Below, piece by piece: positions 1 to 10,453 of a DNA stretch of 64,000 nt. The notes under the pieces are model-generated. The model was given only the letters and a program-made list of their open reading frames with translations. It did not search any database and was not told the DNA's origin. This DNA is from Escherichia coli (GTDB lineage Bacteria > Pseudomonadota > Gammaproteobacteria > Enterobacterales > Enterobacteriaceae): NCBI RefSeq assembly GCF_016026235.1, contig NZ_CP065613.1, one strand, 5' to 3'. Numbering within the stretch: position 1 is the first letter of the stretch; each line of letters opens with the position of its first letter. The position numbers and the translations under genes are program-made.

Positions 1-716
1 AAACGAAAGGTGCGGGAACGACGTTCTGGATGTACACCGGCAAGGGCGATGCGTTTGCGAACCCTTTGTCGGACACTGACTGGCTGCGTCTTGCGATGGT
101 GAAGGATCTGCAACCTGGCGAAATGACCGCTGATGCAGAAGATGACACTTATCTCGATGATGAAGATGCAGACTGGAAAACGACAACCCAGGGGCAGAAA
201 TCCGTCGGTGATACTTTGGCGACGCTGGCCTGGCGTCCGGGTGACAGCGGGCAGAAAAAACTGGTTCAGTTGTTCGATTCCGGTGAAGTCTGCGCGTTTC
301 GTATCAAATACCCCAACGGTACGGTTGATGTTTTCCGTGGCTGGCTGAGTTCACTGGGTAAAACCATTACCTCAAAAGAGGTGATGACCCGTACTGTAAA
401 AATCAGCGGTGTGGGGCGTCCGTATCTGGCAGAGGAGGGCGCTGAAACCGTGGGTGTTACCGGACTGACGGTGGCACCGGCATCTGTCAGTGTCAAAGCG
501 GGAGCAACCACCACACTGACCTTTACAGTAAAACCTGACGGGGCCAGTGACAAAGCGATCAGTGTGCATTCGTCAGATCCTCAGACTGCTTCGGTGACCC
601 TGAGCGGGCTTGTGGCCACGGTGAAAGGCGTGAAGCAGGGCAGTGTCAGCATCGTGGGCATGACCTCTGACGGAGAGTTTGTGGCAGTGGCTGCGGTGAC
701 CGTCAGCGCACCATAA
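1..716 (+). CDS. V: Major tail protein V, 5'-partial (frame open to window start), with C-terminal Ig-like domain
   Basis: Translation matches lambda gpV (ANPLSD..DWLRLA..KDL.PGE...YLDDEDADW; C-terminal Big_2-like TVAPASVSVKAG...); no stop between position 3 and the listed ATG at 30. Confidence 0.9.
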   Translation, partial: TKGAGTTFWMYTGKGDAFANPLSDTDWLRLAMVKDLQPGEMTADAEDDTYLDDEDADWKTTTQGQKSVGDTLATLAWRPGDSGQKKLVQLFDSGEVCAFRIKYPNGTVDVFRGWLSSLGKTITSKEVMTRTVKISGVGRPYLAEEGAETVGVTGLTVAPASVSVKAGATTTLTFTVKPDGASDKAISVHSSDPQTASVTLSGLVATVKGVKQGSVSIVGMTSDGEFVAVAAVTVSAP

Positions 717-736
717 CAGGACGATACTCATCATTG

Positions 737-759
737 CCCCGGTTATCCGGGGCTTTTTG
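737..759 (+). terminator. GC hairpin (CCCCGG-TTAT-CCGGGG) followed by CTTTTT between V and G; possible partial terminator/attenuator
   Basis: Perfect 6-bp GC stem, 4-nt loop and T-run read directly from sequence. Confidence 0.4.
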
Positions 760-774
760 CATCCGGAGAACATG

Positions 775-1161
775 ATGTTTCTGAAACAGGATACGTTTAA
801 TTATGAAAAACAGTCCGTGGTGCTCAGTGAGCTGTCCGGGCTGCAGAGAATTGAATATCTGACGTTTGTTCAGCAGCGAACGGCAAAGTTTGATGCACAG
901 GAGGGAGAACTGCCGGAGGCTGAACGACAGATTGCTTTTCTGCGTATGGGAATGGATATCAATGCCTGGCTGGTTTCCCGCTCACTGTGGAATGCTGAGC
1001 AGTCTCAGGATGTTGAGACGCTTTGCGCATCCATTATGACAACATGGTCGTATGATGCGCTGGGCGCGGGGGCGGAGAGGGTTCTGTCGCTGAGCGGTAT
1101 GGGGACCATTGAGAATGCCGGGGATGATGATCATGAGGCGCTGACGCCGGAAAAGTCCTGA
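775..1161 (+). CDS. G: Tail assembly chaperone G
   Basis: MFLKQDTF..VVLSELSGLQRIEYL resembles lambda gpG; GGAG 6 nt upstream of ATG 775 (ATG 772 also possible). Confidence 0.85.
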   Translation: MFLKQDTFNYEKQSVVLSELSGLQRIEYLTFVQQRTAKFDAQEGELPEAERQIAFLRMGMDINAWLVSRSLWNAEQSQDVETLCASIMTTWSYDALGAGAERVLSLSGMGTIENAGDDDHEALTPEKS

Positions 1162-1499
1162 CGCGGGAAATGCAGTTTGTCATGCGGCTTGCCCGGGAGT
1201 TCCGGCGGGCAGACTGGCGGCGGATGCTGTCGGAAATGTCGGCCACTGAGCTTGGTGAGTGGGGCGATTATTTCCGGATGCAGAGCTTCAGTGATGTGTG
1301 GATGGATGCGCAGTTTGCCTCGCTGAAGGCATTGATCGTGAGAATGGTGTCCGGCAGCAGCGATGCTGCGGTGGCTGATTTCAGCCTTTTACCGGAAGAG
1401 AACGGGATACCGGAGCGAACGGACGAAGAACTGATGCATCTTGGGGAAGGTATTTCCGGAGGTGTGCGTTATGGACCAGATAGCCAACCTGGTCATTGA
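1137..1499 (+). CDS. T: T segment of tail assembly chaperone G-T; no own start, expected to be expressed by -1 ribosomal frameshift from G
   Basis: ORF in the -1 frame relative to G, open from 1137, overlapping the last 25 nt of G; same arrangement as lambda G/G-T; only A-run in the overlap is GGAAAAG at 1149-1155. Confidence 0.7.
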   Translation, partial: GADAGKVLTREMQFVMRLAREFRRADWRRMLSEMSATELGEWGDYFRMQSFSDVWMDAQFASLKALIVRMVSGSSDAAVADFSLLPEENGIPERTDEELMHLGEGISGGVRYGPDSQPGH

Positions 1500-4400
1500 T
1501 TTGGGGATTGATGCGGCAGAGTTTAAAAATGAAATTCCCCGTATCAAAAACCTTCTGAATGGTGCAGCCAGCGATGCAGAACGGTCTTCTGCCCGTATGC
1601 AGCGTTTTATGGAGCGTCAGACTCAGGCGGCCCGGCAGACAATGCAGGCGGCTTCTTCGGCTGCAACAGCAGCATCAGCCCATGCGCAGACGGTGGAAAA
1701 GAACGCACGGGCTCATGAACGCATGGCCCGTGAGGTGGAACAAACCCGTCTGCGCGTGGATGCCCTGAATCAGAAAATGCGCGAGGAACAGGCGCAGGCC
1801 AGGGCACTGGCGGAGGCGCAGGATAAAGCGGCTGCCGCCTTTTATCGCCAGATTGACAGTGTGAAACAGGCCGGTGCGGGGCTTCAGGAATTACAGCGTA
1901 TTCAGCAGCAGATCCGACAGGCCAGAAACAGTGGCGGGGTTGGTCAGCAGGATTATCTGGCGCTGATTTCGGAGATCACGGCGAAAACCCGTGCCCTGAC
2001 GCAGGCAGAGGAACAGGCCACCCGGCAGAAAGCGGCGTTTATCCGCCAGCTTAAAGAGCAGGCAACCCGCCAGAATCTGTCGTCTTCTGAGTTGCTTCGC
2101 GCCAGGGCGGCTCAGCTGGGGGTAAGCAGTGCTGCAGAAGTGTATATCCGCAAAATGGAGCGGGCAGGAAAAGCCACACATTCGCTGGGGCTGAAAAGTG
2201 CGGCAGCCCGGCGGGAGCTGGGGGTGTTAATCAGTCAGATGGCGCGCGGCAATTTTGGTGCGCTGAGGGGATCCGGGATAACGCTGGCTAACCGTGCCGG
2301 ATGGACAGGCGCACTGATGTCGCCGAAAGGCATGATGACTGGCGGCGTTATTGGCGGACTTGTCGCGGCGGTCCTGGGTCTGGGTAAAGCCTGGCATGAC
2401 GGCCGGAAGGAGGGCGAGGAATTTAACCGTCAGCTGGCGCTGACGGGACATTATGCCGGTGTCACTGTCGGGCAGTTGTGGAAACTCAGCCGGGCCATAT
2501 CCGGGAATGGTATCACGCAACATGCGGCAGCCGGTGCGCTGGCACAGGTGGTGGGCAGTGGGGCATTTCATGGAAACGATATTGGTATGGTGGCGAAAGC
2601 TGCCGCACAGATGGAGCGATCGGTTGGCCAGTCGGTCAGCGATACCATAAATCAGTTTAAGCGGCTGAAGGATGATCCTGTAAATGCCGCGAAGGCGCTG
2701 GACAATGCGTTGCATTTTTTGACTGCCACTCAGCTTGAGCAGATACGCGTCCTTGGGGAGCTGGGGCGGTCCAGTGATGCGGCCCGGATCGCCATGTCTG
2801 CGCTGGCAGAGGAAACCGGTAAACGCACATCTGATATTGATAATAATCTCAATGCGCTGGGTAGTACGCTGCAAACCTTGTCTGACTGGTGGAAGCAGTT
2901 CTGGGATGCGGCCATGAATATTGGTCGTGAAGACTCGCTGGATGCGCAGATTGATGCGTTACAGGAAAAAATTCAGCGCGCGAAAAAATATCCGTGGACA
3001 AACGCCTCCACACAGGTGGAGTACGATCAGCAGCGTCTTAACGATCTTCAGGAGAAAAAACGCCGGAAGGATTTGCAGGATGCAAAAGCGCAGGCAGAAC
3101 GGAATTACCAGGAGCAACAGAAACGCCGGAATGCTGAAAATGCCGCGCTGAACCGGATGAATGAAACGGAAGCTGCACGACATCAGCGGGAAATTGCGCG
3201 TATTAATGCCATGCAGTACGCCGACCAGGCTGTCAGGGATGCGGCGATACAGCGTGAAAATGAACGTTACGAAAAAGCCATTAAGAAAAATACACGGGCA
3301 ACCCGTAATGATGAGGCCACCCGGTTATTGCTGCAGTACAGTCAGCAGCAGGCACAGGTGGAAGGGCAGATTGCTGCTGCCAGACAGTCAGCAGGCATTG
3401 CCACTGAAAGGATGACTGAAGCGCATAAACAGCTTCTGGCCCTGCAGCAGCGCATCAGCGACCTGGACGGGAAAAAGCTGACGGCAGATGAAAAGAGTGT
3501 GCTGGCCCGTAAGAATGAGCTGATTCAGGCGCTGACGCTGCTGGATGTGAAACAGCAGGAGCTGCAGAAACAGACAGCGCTTAACGACCTGAGAAAAAAA
3601 ACGGTTCAGCTGACCAGCCAGCTGGCAGACAAAGAACGTGCACTGCGTGAGCAGCACAATCTGGATATTGCCACTGCAGGTATGGGGGATAAGCAGCGGC
3701 AGCGCTACCAGGCACAGTTGCGCATCCGGCAGGAATACCGGCAACAGTTGCAACAGCTTGAGAATGACAGTCGCCAGAAAGGCACTTACGGGACGGAGGA
3801 CTACCGGAGGGCTGAGGAGGTGCTGAAGGGGAGCCTGAAGCGACAACTGAATGAAAACAAACGCTACTGGCAGGAACTGGAAGTGGCGCAGGGCGACTGG
3901 AAAAACGGTGCCATGCGGGCGTTTCAGAATTTTACGGCGGATGCGGATAATGCGGCGGGAACGGCAGAACAGATGTTTACAGTGGCATTCAGCAGTGCCG
4001 GTAATGCACTGGCGACATTCTGTACCACCGGTAAGCTGAATTTTAAATCCTTCACCTCTTCCCTGTTGTCAGATATGGCCAGAATTATGGCACAGATGGC
4101 CATGATGCAGGCGGTAAAGGGCGTCGGTTCTTTATTCGGCTTCACGACTAATGCTGATGGCGGTGTTTACCAGTCTGCTGATTTGAGTCGCTACAGTGGC
4201 ATGGTGGTTAACCGTCCGACGTTTTTTGCTTTTGCAAAAGGCGCGGGTGTGATGGGGGAAGCGGGACCTGAAGCCATTCTGCCACTGCGTCGCGGTGCTG
4301 ATGGTAAGCTGGGGGTTGTGGCGGATACTGGTGGTTCAGGCATGGTGATGTTTGCCCCGCAGTACAACATTGAGATCAATAACGACGGCACGAACGGGCA

Positions 4401-4512
4401 GATAGGTCCGGCTGCCCTGAAGGTGGTTTATGACCTCGGGAAAAAAGCGGCCGCGGACTTTATGCAACAGCAGGCCCGTGATGGTGGCCGGTTAAGTGGA
4501 GCATACCGGTAA
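1471..4512 (+). CDS. H: Tail tape measure protein H
   Basis: N-terminus (MDQIANLVIDLGIDAAEF) and C-terminus (INNDGTNGQIGPAALK.VYD...RDGG) lambda gpH-like; long Q/A/R-rich coiled-coil centre; start assigned to ATG 1471, which overlaps the end of T. Confidence 0.9.
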   Translation: MDQIANLVIDLGIDAAEFKNEIPRIKNLLNGAASDAERSSARMQRFMERQTQAARQTMQAASSAATAASAHAQTVEKNARAHERMAREVEQTRLRVDALNQKMREEQAQARALAEAQDKAAAAFYRQIDSVKQAGAGLQELQRIQQQIRQARNSGGVGQQDYLALISEITAKTRALTQAEEQATRQKAAFIRQLKEQATRQNLSSSELLRARAAQLGVSSAAEVYIRKMERAGKATHSLGLKSAAARRELGVLISQMARGNFGALRGSGITLANRAGWTGALMSPKGMMTGGVIGGLVAAVLGLGKAWHDGRKEGEEFNRQLALTGHYAGVTVGQLWKLSRAISGNGITQHAAAGALAQVVGSGAFHGNDIGMVAKAAAQMERSVGQSVSDTINQFKRLKDDPVNAAKALDNALHFLTATQLEQIRVLGELGRSSDAARIAMSALAEETGKRTSDIDNNLNALGSTLQTLSDWWKQFWDAAMNIGREDSLDAQIDALQEKIQRAKKYPWTNASTQVEYDQQRLNDLQEKKRRKDLQDAKAQAERNYQEQQKRRNAENAALNRMNETEAARHQREIARINAMQYADQAVRDAAIQRENERYEKAIKKNTRATRNDEATRLLLQYSQQQAQVEGQIAAARQSAGIATERMTEAHKQLLALQQRISDLDGKKLTADEKSVLARKNELIQALTLLDVKQQELQKQTALNDLRKKTVQLTSQLADKERALREQHNLDIATAGMGDKQRQRYQAQLRIRQEYRQQLQQLENDSRQKGTYGTEDYRRAEEVLKGSLKRQLNENKRYWQELEVAQGDWKNGAMRAFQNFTADADNAAGTAEQMFTVAFSSAGNALATFCTTGKLNFKSFTSSLLSDMARIMAQMAMMQAVKGVGSLFGFTTNADGGVYQSADLSRYSGMVVNRPTFFAFAKGAGVMGEAGPEAILPLRRGADGKLGVVADTGGSGMVMFAPQYNIEINNDGTNGQIGPAALKVVYDLGKKAAADFMQQQARDGGRLSGAYR

Positions 4513-4841
4513 TGGAGACGTTTCACTGGAAAGTGCGCCCGGATATGAATGTGGTATCAGAGCCGAAAGTGGTGACAGTGAAGCTGGGCGATGGTTATGA
4601 ACAGCGTCGTGCGGCGGGACTGAATAACCAGTTGTCGACTTACAGCGTGACGATACGTGTTCGTAAAGGTGAACACCCATCTTTAAAAGCCTTTCTGGAA
4701 CGGCACGGTGGCGTCCGCGCATTTCAGTGGACGCCACCTTATGACTGGAAACTGATCAGGGTGGTTTGTCGTAAATGGTCGGCAAGCGTGGGGGCGTTAT
4801 GGGTGACTGTAACGGCCGATTTTGAACAGGTGGTGAACTGA
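4512..4841 (+). CDS. M: Minor tail protein M
   Basis: 109-aa ORF resembling lambda gpM; TAATG overlap with H stop. Confidence 0.9.
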   Translation: METFHWKVRPDMNVVSEPKVVTVKLGDGYEQRRAAGLNNQLSTYSVTIRVRKGEHPSLKAFLERHGGVRAFQWTPPYDWKLIRVVCRKWSASVGALWVTVTADFEQVVN

Positions 4842-5539
4842 TGCAGGATATCCGGCAGGAAACACTGAATGAATGCACCCGTGCGGAGCAGTCAGCCCGG
4901 GTGGAGCTCTGGGAAATCGATCTGACAGAGGTCGGTGGTGAGCGTTATTTTTTCTGTAATGAGCAGAACGAAAAAGGTGAGCCGGTCACCTGGCAGGGGC
5001 GGCAGTATCAGGCATACCCCATTCAGGGGTCGGGGTTTGAACTGAACGGCAGGGGCTGTGCTGCCCGTCCGACACTGACGGTCTCTAACCTGCACGGCAT
5101 GGTCACCGGTATGGCGGAAGATCTGCAGAGTCTGGTCGGCGGAACGGTGGTCCGGCGTAAGGTTTACGCCCGTTTTCTGGATGCGGTGAACTTCGTCAAC
5201 GGAAACAGCGACGCCGATCCGGAACAGGAGGTGATCAGCCGCTGGCGCATCGAGCAGTGCAGCGAACTGAGCGCGGTCAGTGCCTCTTTTGTGCTGGCCA
5301 CACCAACGGAGACGGATGGCGCGGTTTTCCCGGGGCGTATCATGCTGGCGAATACCTGTATGTGGACTTACCGTTCTGATGAGTGTGGTTACACGGGCAG
5401 GGCAGTGGCTGACGAGTTCGACAAACCAACGACGGATATCCGGAAGGACAAATGCAGCAAGTGTATGCGCGGGTGTGAGTTGCGCAACAATACCGGTAAT
5501 TTCGGCGGTTTCCTTTCCATCAATAAACTTTCTCAGTAA
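4841..5539 (+). CDS. L: Minor tail protein L
   Basis: 232-aa ORF resembling lambda gpL, Cys cluster near C-terminus; TGATG overlap with M. Confidence 0.9.
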   Translation: MQDIRQETLNECTRAEQSARVELWEIDLTEVGGERYFFCNEQNEKGEPVTWQGRQYQAYPIQGSGFELNGRGCAARPTLTVSNLHGMVTGMAEDLQSLVGGTVVRRKVYARFLDAVNFVNGNSDADPEQEVISRWRIEQCSELSAVSASFVLATPTETDGAVFPGRIMLANTCMWTYRSDECGYTGRAVADEFDKPTTDIRKDKCSKCMRGCELRNNTGNFGGFLSINKLSQ

Positions 5540-5543
5540 ATCC

Positions 5544-6287
5544 ATGACACAGACAGAATCAGCGATTCTGGCGCACGCCCGGCGATGTGCGCCAGCGGAG
5601 TTGTGCGGCTTCGTGGTGAGAACGCCGGAGGGGGAAAGATATTTTCCCTGCGTGAATATCTCCGGTGAGCCGGAGGCGTATTTCCGGATGTCGCCGGAGG
5701 ACTGGCTGCGGGCAGAGATGCAGGGTGAGATTGTGGCGCTGGTCCACAGCCACCCCGGTGGTCTGCCCTGGCTGAGTGAGGCTGACAGGCGGCTGCAGGT
5801 GCAGAGCGATTTGCCGTGGTGGCTGGTCTGCCGGGGTGAGATTCATAAATTCCGCTGTGTGCCGCATCTTACCGGGCGGCGCTTTGAGCACGGGGTGACG
5901 GACTGTTACACGCTGTTCCGGGATGCTTATCATCTGGCGGGGATTGAGATGCCGGATTTTCATCGCGGGGATGACTGGTGGCGTCACGGTCAGAATCTCT
6001 ATCTTGACAATATGGAGGTGACGGGTTTTTACCGTGTCGCACTGACAGAGGCACAGCCGGGCGATGTGCTGCTGTGCTGTTTTGGTTCATCGGTGCCGAA
6101 TCATGCCGCCATTTACTGCGGTGACGGCGGGCTGCTGCACCATATTCCTGAACAACTGAGCAAACGAGAGAGGTACACCGACAAATGGCAGCGACGCACA
6201 CACTCCCTCTGGCGTCACCGGGCATGGCGCGCATCTGCCTTTACGGGGATTTACAACGATTTGGTCGCCGCATCGACCTTCGTGTGA
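5544..6287 (+). CDS. K: Tail tip assembly protein K (JAB/MPN + NlpC/P60-like)
   Basis: MTQTESAILAHARRCAP...HSHPGG motif; start set at ATG 5544 directly after L stop, not at the upstream ORF-track start 5280. Confidence 0.85.
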   Translation: MTQTESAILAHARRCAPAELCGFVVRTPEGERYFPCVNISGEPEAYFRMSPEDWLRAEMQGEIVALVHSHPGGLPWLSEADRRLQVQSDLPWWLVCRGEIHKFRCVPHLTGRRFEHGVTDCYTLFRDAYHLAGIEMPDFHRGDDWWRHGQNLYLDNMEVTGFYRVALTEAQPGDVLLCCFGSSVPNHAAIYCGDGGLLHHIPEQLSKRERYTDKWQRRTHSLWRHRAWRASAFTGIYNDLVAASTFV

Positions 6288-6826
6288 AAACGGGGGCTGA
6301 AGCCATCCGGGCACTGGCCACACAGCTCCCGGCGTTTCGTCAGAAACTGAGTGACGGCTGGTATCAGGTGCGCATTGCCGGGCGTGATGCAGGTGAAACC
6401 GAATTGTCTGCCCGTCTTAATGAGCCGCTGGCAAATGGTGCAGTGATCCACATAGTACCGCGTCTGGTGGGAGCTAAAAGTGGCGGTGTGTTTCAGGCGG
6501 TGCTGGGGGCGGCTGTTATGGCGGTTGCTATATGGATGCCGGGGGTAGGAATTATGGCGAGTAATCTGCTGTTTTCTCTCGGTGCCAGTATGACGCTTGG
6601 CGGTGTTGCACAGATGCTGGCACCGAAAGCCAGAACTCCCCGTACACAGACAACGGATAACGGTAAGCAGAACACGTATTTCTCGTCACTGGATAACATG
6701 GTTGCCCAGGGCAATGTTCTGCCCGTTCTGTACGGTGAAATGCGCGTGGGGTCACGTGTGGTTTCTCAGGAGATCAGCACGGCAGACGAAGGGGATGGTG
6801 GTCAGGTTGTGGTGATTGGTCGCTGA
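6185..6826 (+). CDS. I: Tail tip assembly protein I
   Basis: MAATHTLPLASPGMARICLYGDLQRFG...; ubiquitin-like N-terminus and hydrophobic C-terminus typical of lambda gpI; overlaps K 3' end; alternative start at 6224. Confidence 0.8.
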   Translation: MAATHTLPLASPGMARICLYGDLQRFGRRIDLRVKTGAEAIRALATQLPAFRQKLSDGWYQVRIAGRDAGETELSARLNEPLANGAVIHIVPRLVGAKSGGVFQAVLGAAVMAVAIWMPGVGIMASNLLFSLGASMTLGGVAQMLAPKARTPRTQTTDNGKQNTYFSSLDNMVAQGNVLPVLYGEMRVGSRVVSQEISTADEGDGGQVVVIGR

Positions 6827-6886
6827 TGCAAAATGTTTTATGTGAAACCGCCTGCGGGCGGTTTTGTCGTTTATGGAGCGTGAGGA

Positions 6887-9800
6887 ATGGGTAAAGGCAG
6901 CAGTAAGGGGCATACCCCGCGCGAAGCGAAGGACAACCTGAAATCCACGCAGTTGCTGAGTGTGATTGATGCCATCAGCGAAGGGCCGGTTGAAGGTCCG
7001 GTGGATGGATTAAAAAGCGTGCTGCTGAACGGTACGCCGGTCCTGGACAGCGAGGGGAAGACAAACTTTTCCGGTGTTACGGTGGTGTTCCGCGCCGGCG
7101 AGCAGGAGCAGACACCGCCGGAGGGGTTTGAATCTTCCGGCTCAGAGACTGTGCTGGGTACGGAAGTGAAATACGACACGCCGATCACCCGGACCATCAC
7201 GTCGGCAAACATTGATCGTCTGCGCCTGACCTTCGGTGTGCAGGCACTGGTGGAAACCACCTCAAAGGGGGACCGGAATCCGTCGGAAGTCCGCCTGCTG
7301 GTTCAGATACAGCGTAACGGTGGCTGGGTGACGGAAAAAGACATCACCATTAAGGGCAAAACCACTTCGCAGTATCTGGCCTCGGTGGTGGTGGGTAACC
7401 TGCCGCCGCGCCCGTTTAATATCCGGATGCGCAGGATGACACCGGACAGCACCACAGACCAGCTGCAGAACAAAACGCTCTGGTCGTCGTACACCGAAAT
7501 CATCGATGTGAAACAGTGCTACCCGAACACGGCGCTGGTCGGCGTGCAGGTGGATTCAGAGCAGTTCGGTAACCAGCAGGTGAGTCGCAATTATCATCTT
7601 CGCGGGCGCATTCTGCAGGTGCCGTCGAACTATAACCCGCAGACGCGGCAATACAGCGGTATCTGGGACGGAACGCTTAAGCCAGCATACAGCAACAACA
7701 TGGCCTGGTGTCTGTGGGACATGCTCACTCATCCGCGCTACGGCATGGGGAAACGTCTTGGTGCGGCAGATGTGGACAAATGGGCGCTGTATGTCATCGG
7801 CCAGTACTGCGACCAGTCAGTGCCGGACGGATTTGGCGGCACGGAGCCGCGCATCACCTGTAACGCTTACCTGACCACACAGCGTAAGGCGTGGGATGTT
7901 CTCAGTGATTTCTGCTCGGCGATGCGCTGTATGCCGGTATGGAACGGGCAGACGCTGACGTTCGTGCAGGACCGACCGTCGGATAAGGTGTGGACCTATA
8001 ACCGCAGTAATGTGGTGATGCCGGATGATGGCGCGCCGTTCCGTTACAGCTTCAGCGCCCTGAAGGACCGCCATAATGCCGTTGAGGTGAACTGGATTGA
8101 TCCGGACAACGGTCATGAGACGGCGACAGAGCTTGTGGAGGACACGCAGGCCATTCTCCGTTACGGTCGTAACGTCACGAAGATGGATGCCTTTGGCTGT
8201 ACCAGCCGGGGACAGGCGCACCGCGCCGGGCTGTGGCTGATTAAAACAGAACTGCTGGAAACGCAGACCGTGGACTTCAGCGTGGGTGCTGAAGGGCTTC
8301 GCCATGTACCGGGCGATGTCATTGAAATCTGCGATGATGACTATGCCGGTATCAGCACCGGCGGGCGCGTGCTGGCGGTGAACAGCCAGACCCGGACGCT
8401 GACGCTCGACCGTGAAATCACGCTGCCATCCTCCGGTACCACGCTGATAAGCCTGGTTGACGGAAGTGGCAATCCGGTCAGCGTGGAGGTCCAGTCCGTC
8501 ACCGACGGCGTGAAGGTGAAAGTGAGCCGTATTCCTGACGGCGTTGCCGGATACAGCGTGTGGGGGCTGAAGCTGCCGACGCTGCACCAGCGCCTGTTCC
8601 GCTGTGTGAGTATCCGTGAGAACGACGACGGCACGTATGCCATCACCGCCGTGCAGCATGTGCCGGAAAAAGAGGCCATTGTGGATAACGGGGCACACTT
8701 TGACAGTGACCGGCGCGGCACGGTGAATGGTGTCACGCCGCCAGCAGTGCAGCACCTGACCGCAGAAGTCATCGCAGGCAGCGGGGAATATCAGGTGCTG
8801 GCGCGCTGGGACACGCCGAAGGTGGTGAAGGGGGTGAGCTTCCTGCTTCGCCTGACCGTGGCAGCGGATGACGGCAGTGAGCGGCTGGTCAGCACAGCCC
8901 GGACGACGGAAACCACATATCGTTTCACGCAGCTTGCGTTGGGGCGTTATACGCTGACAGTCCGGGCGGTAAATGCCCGGGGGCAGCAGGGCGATCCGGT
9001 GTCGGTATCGTTCCGGATTGCGGCACCGGCAGCGCCTGTCACTATTGAACTGATACCGGGGTATTTTCAGATAACGGCGGTCCCGAAACTGGCTGTATAT
9101 GACCCGACGGTGCAGTTTGAGTTCTGGTTTTCGGAAAAGCGGATTGCGGATATCAGGCAGGTTGAAACCACAGCCCGCTATCTTGGCACGGCGCTGTACT
9201 GGATAGCCGCCAGTATCAATATCAAACCGGGCCATGATTATTATTTTTACGTTCGCAGTGTGAACACCGTTGGCAAATCGGCATTTGTGGAGGCCGTCGG
9301 TCGGGCGAGCGATGATGCGGAAGGTTATCTGAGTTTTTATAAAGGGTTGATCAATAAAACGCATCTCGGCAAGGAGTTGTGGACGCAGATTGATAACGGT
9401 CAGCTTGCGCCGGACCTGACTGAAATCAGGACGTCCATTACGAATGTCAGCAATGAAATCACGCAAACCGTCAATAAAAAACTGGAAAATCAGAGTGCTG
9501 CAATCCAGCAGATACAGAAAGTTCAGGTTGATACAAATAATAACCTGAACAGCATGTGGGCTGTGAAGCTGCAACAGATGAAGGACGGACGCCTTTATAT
9601 TGCGGGTATCGGTGCCGGTATTGAGAATACGCCAGCAGGAATGCAGAGTCAGGTGCTGCTGGCGGCAGACAGGATTGCGATGATTAATCCTGCGAATGGC
9701 AACACAAAGCCGATGTTTGTTGGTCAGGGCGATCAGATATTCATGAACGACGTGTTCCTGAAACGCCTGACGGCTCCGACCATTACCAGCGGCGGTAATC

Positions 9801-10384
9801 CTCCGGCATTTTCCCTGACACCTGGCGGACGGCTGACGGCGAAAAATGCCGATATCAGCGGTAACGTGAACGCGAACTCCGGGACGCTCAACAACGTCAC
9901 GATTAACCAGAACTGTACGATTAAGGGCATGCTGGAGGCGACCCAGGTCAGAGGGGATTTCGTTAAAGCTGTATCAAAAGCCTTCCCGAAAAAAGTCGGT
10001 ACGTGGGGTAACACGGAAACACCAAACGGTACGGTTACAGTCACCATCAGCGATGATCATAACTTTGACCGCCAGATTATTATTCCGCCCATTATTTTTA
10101 ACGGTATAGCGTATGACGATCCGGGGAGCGGAAATAACCTAGGAGGCACGCGATACACGGGTTATGGTTTTGAAGTTCGCAAAAACGGCGTATTAATCGC
10201 ATCCAGAGAAACTAAAGGGGCCATTCCCGGTAGTTACAGTGCAGTTATTGATATGCCTAGTGGTGGTGGTAGCGTCACTCTGGAGTTTAAGATTTTCCAG
10301 AAAGGCAATCAGGGGGCAGGCAATATCACCGACTGTACGGTGATTGTGACCAAAAAAGCGGCTTCCGGCATCAGTATTCGTTGA
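6887..10384 (+). CDS. J: Host specificity (central tail fibre / tip attachment) protein J
   Basis: 1165-aa ORF, lambda gpJ-like N-terminal two thirds with FN3-like repeats, divergent C-terminus; GAGGA before ATG. Confidence 0.9.
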   Translation: MGKGSSKGHTPREAKDNLKSTQLLSVIDAISEGPVEGPVDGLKSVLLNGTPVLDSEGKTNFSGVTVVFRAGEQEQTPPEGFESSGSETVLGTEVKYDTPITRTITSANIDRLRLTFGVQALVETTSKGDRNPSEVRLLVQIQRNGGWVTEKDITIKGKTTSQYLASVVVGNLPPRPFNIRMRRMTPDSTTDQLQNKTLWSSYTEIIDVKQCYPNTALVGVQVDSEQFGNQQVSRNYHLRGRILQVPSNYNPQTRQYSGIWDGTLKPAYSNNMAWCLWDMLTHPRYGMGKRLGAADVDKWALYVIGQYCDQSVPDGFGGTEPRITCNAYLTTQRKAWDVLSDFCSAMRCMPVWNGQTLTFVQDRPSDKVWTYNRSNVVMPDDGAPFRYSFSALKDRHNAVEVNWIDPDNGHETATELVEDTQAILRYGRNVTKMDAFGCTSRGQAHRAGLWLIKTELLETQTVDFSVGAEGLRHVPGDVIEICDDDYAGISTGGRVLAVNSQTRTLTLDREITLPSSGTTLISLVDGSGNPVSVEVQSVTDGVKVKVSRIPDGVAGYSVWGLKLPTLHQRLFRCVSIRENDDGTYAITAVQHVPEKEAIVDNGAHFDSDRRGTVNGVTPPAVQHLTAEVIAGSGEYQVLARWDTPKVVKGVSFLLRLTVAADDGSERLVSTARTTETTYRFTQLALGRYTLTVRAVNARGQQGDPVSVSFRIAAPAAPVTIELIPGYFQITAVPKLAVYDPTVQFEFWFSEKRIADIRQVETTARYLGTALYWIAASINIKPGHDYYFYVRSVNTVGKSAFVEAVGRASDDAEGYLSFYKGLINKTHLGKELWTQIDNGQLAPDLTEIRTSITNVSNEITQTVNKKLENQSAAIQQIQKVQVDTNNNLNSMWAVKLQQMKDGRLYIAGIGAGIENTPAGMQSQVLLAADRIAMINPANGNTKPMFVGQGDQIFMNDVFLKRLTAPTITSGGNPPAFSLTPGGRLTAKNADISGNVNANSGTLNNVTINQNCTIKGMLEATQVRGDFVKAVSKAFPKKVGTWGNTETPNGTVTVTISDDHNFDRQIIIPPIIFNGIAYDDPGSGNNLGGTRYTGYGFEVRKNGVLIASRETKGAIPGSYSAVIDMPSGGGSVTLEFKIFQKGNQGAGNITDCTVIVTKKAASGISIR

Positions 10385-10404
10385 AATTGTTATAACCCAT
10401 ATAA

Positions 10405-10431
10405 GGGCACCAGAAATGGTGCCTTTTTTAT
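10405..10431 (+). terminator. Rho-independent terminator after J
   Basis: GGGCACC-AGAAAT-GGTGCC followed by TTTTTTATT. Confidence 0.6.
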
Positions 10432-10453
10432 TGCAGAAAAGCGAGAGGTAATT

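Noticed and set aside
5280-5543. 5' extension of the K ORF overlapping the end of L
   Set aside because: The K-like sequence begins at ATG 5544 directly after the L stop; the upstream extension is read-through in another frame of L.
7817-9574. 585-aa ORF on the minus strand inside J
   Set aside because: Lies entirely antisense within the well-supported J gene; GC-rich phage genes often give long antisense frames; no recognisable motifs or start context.
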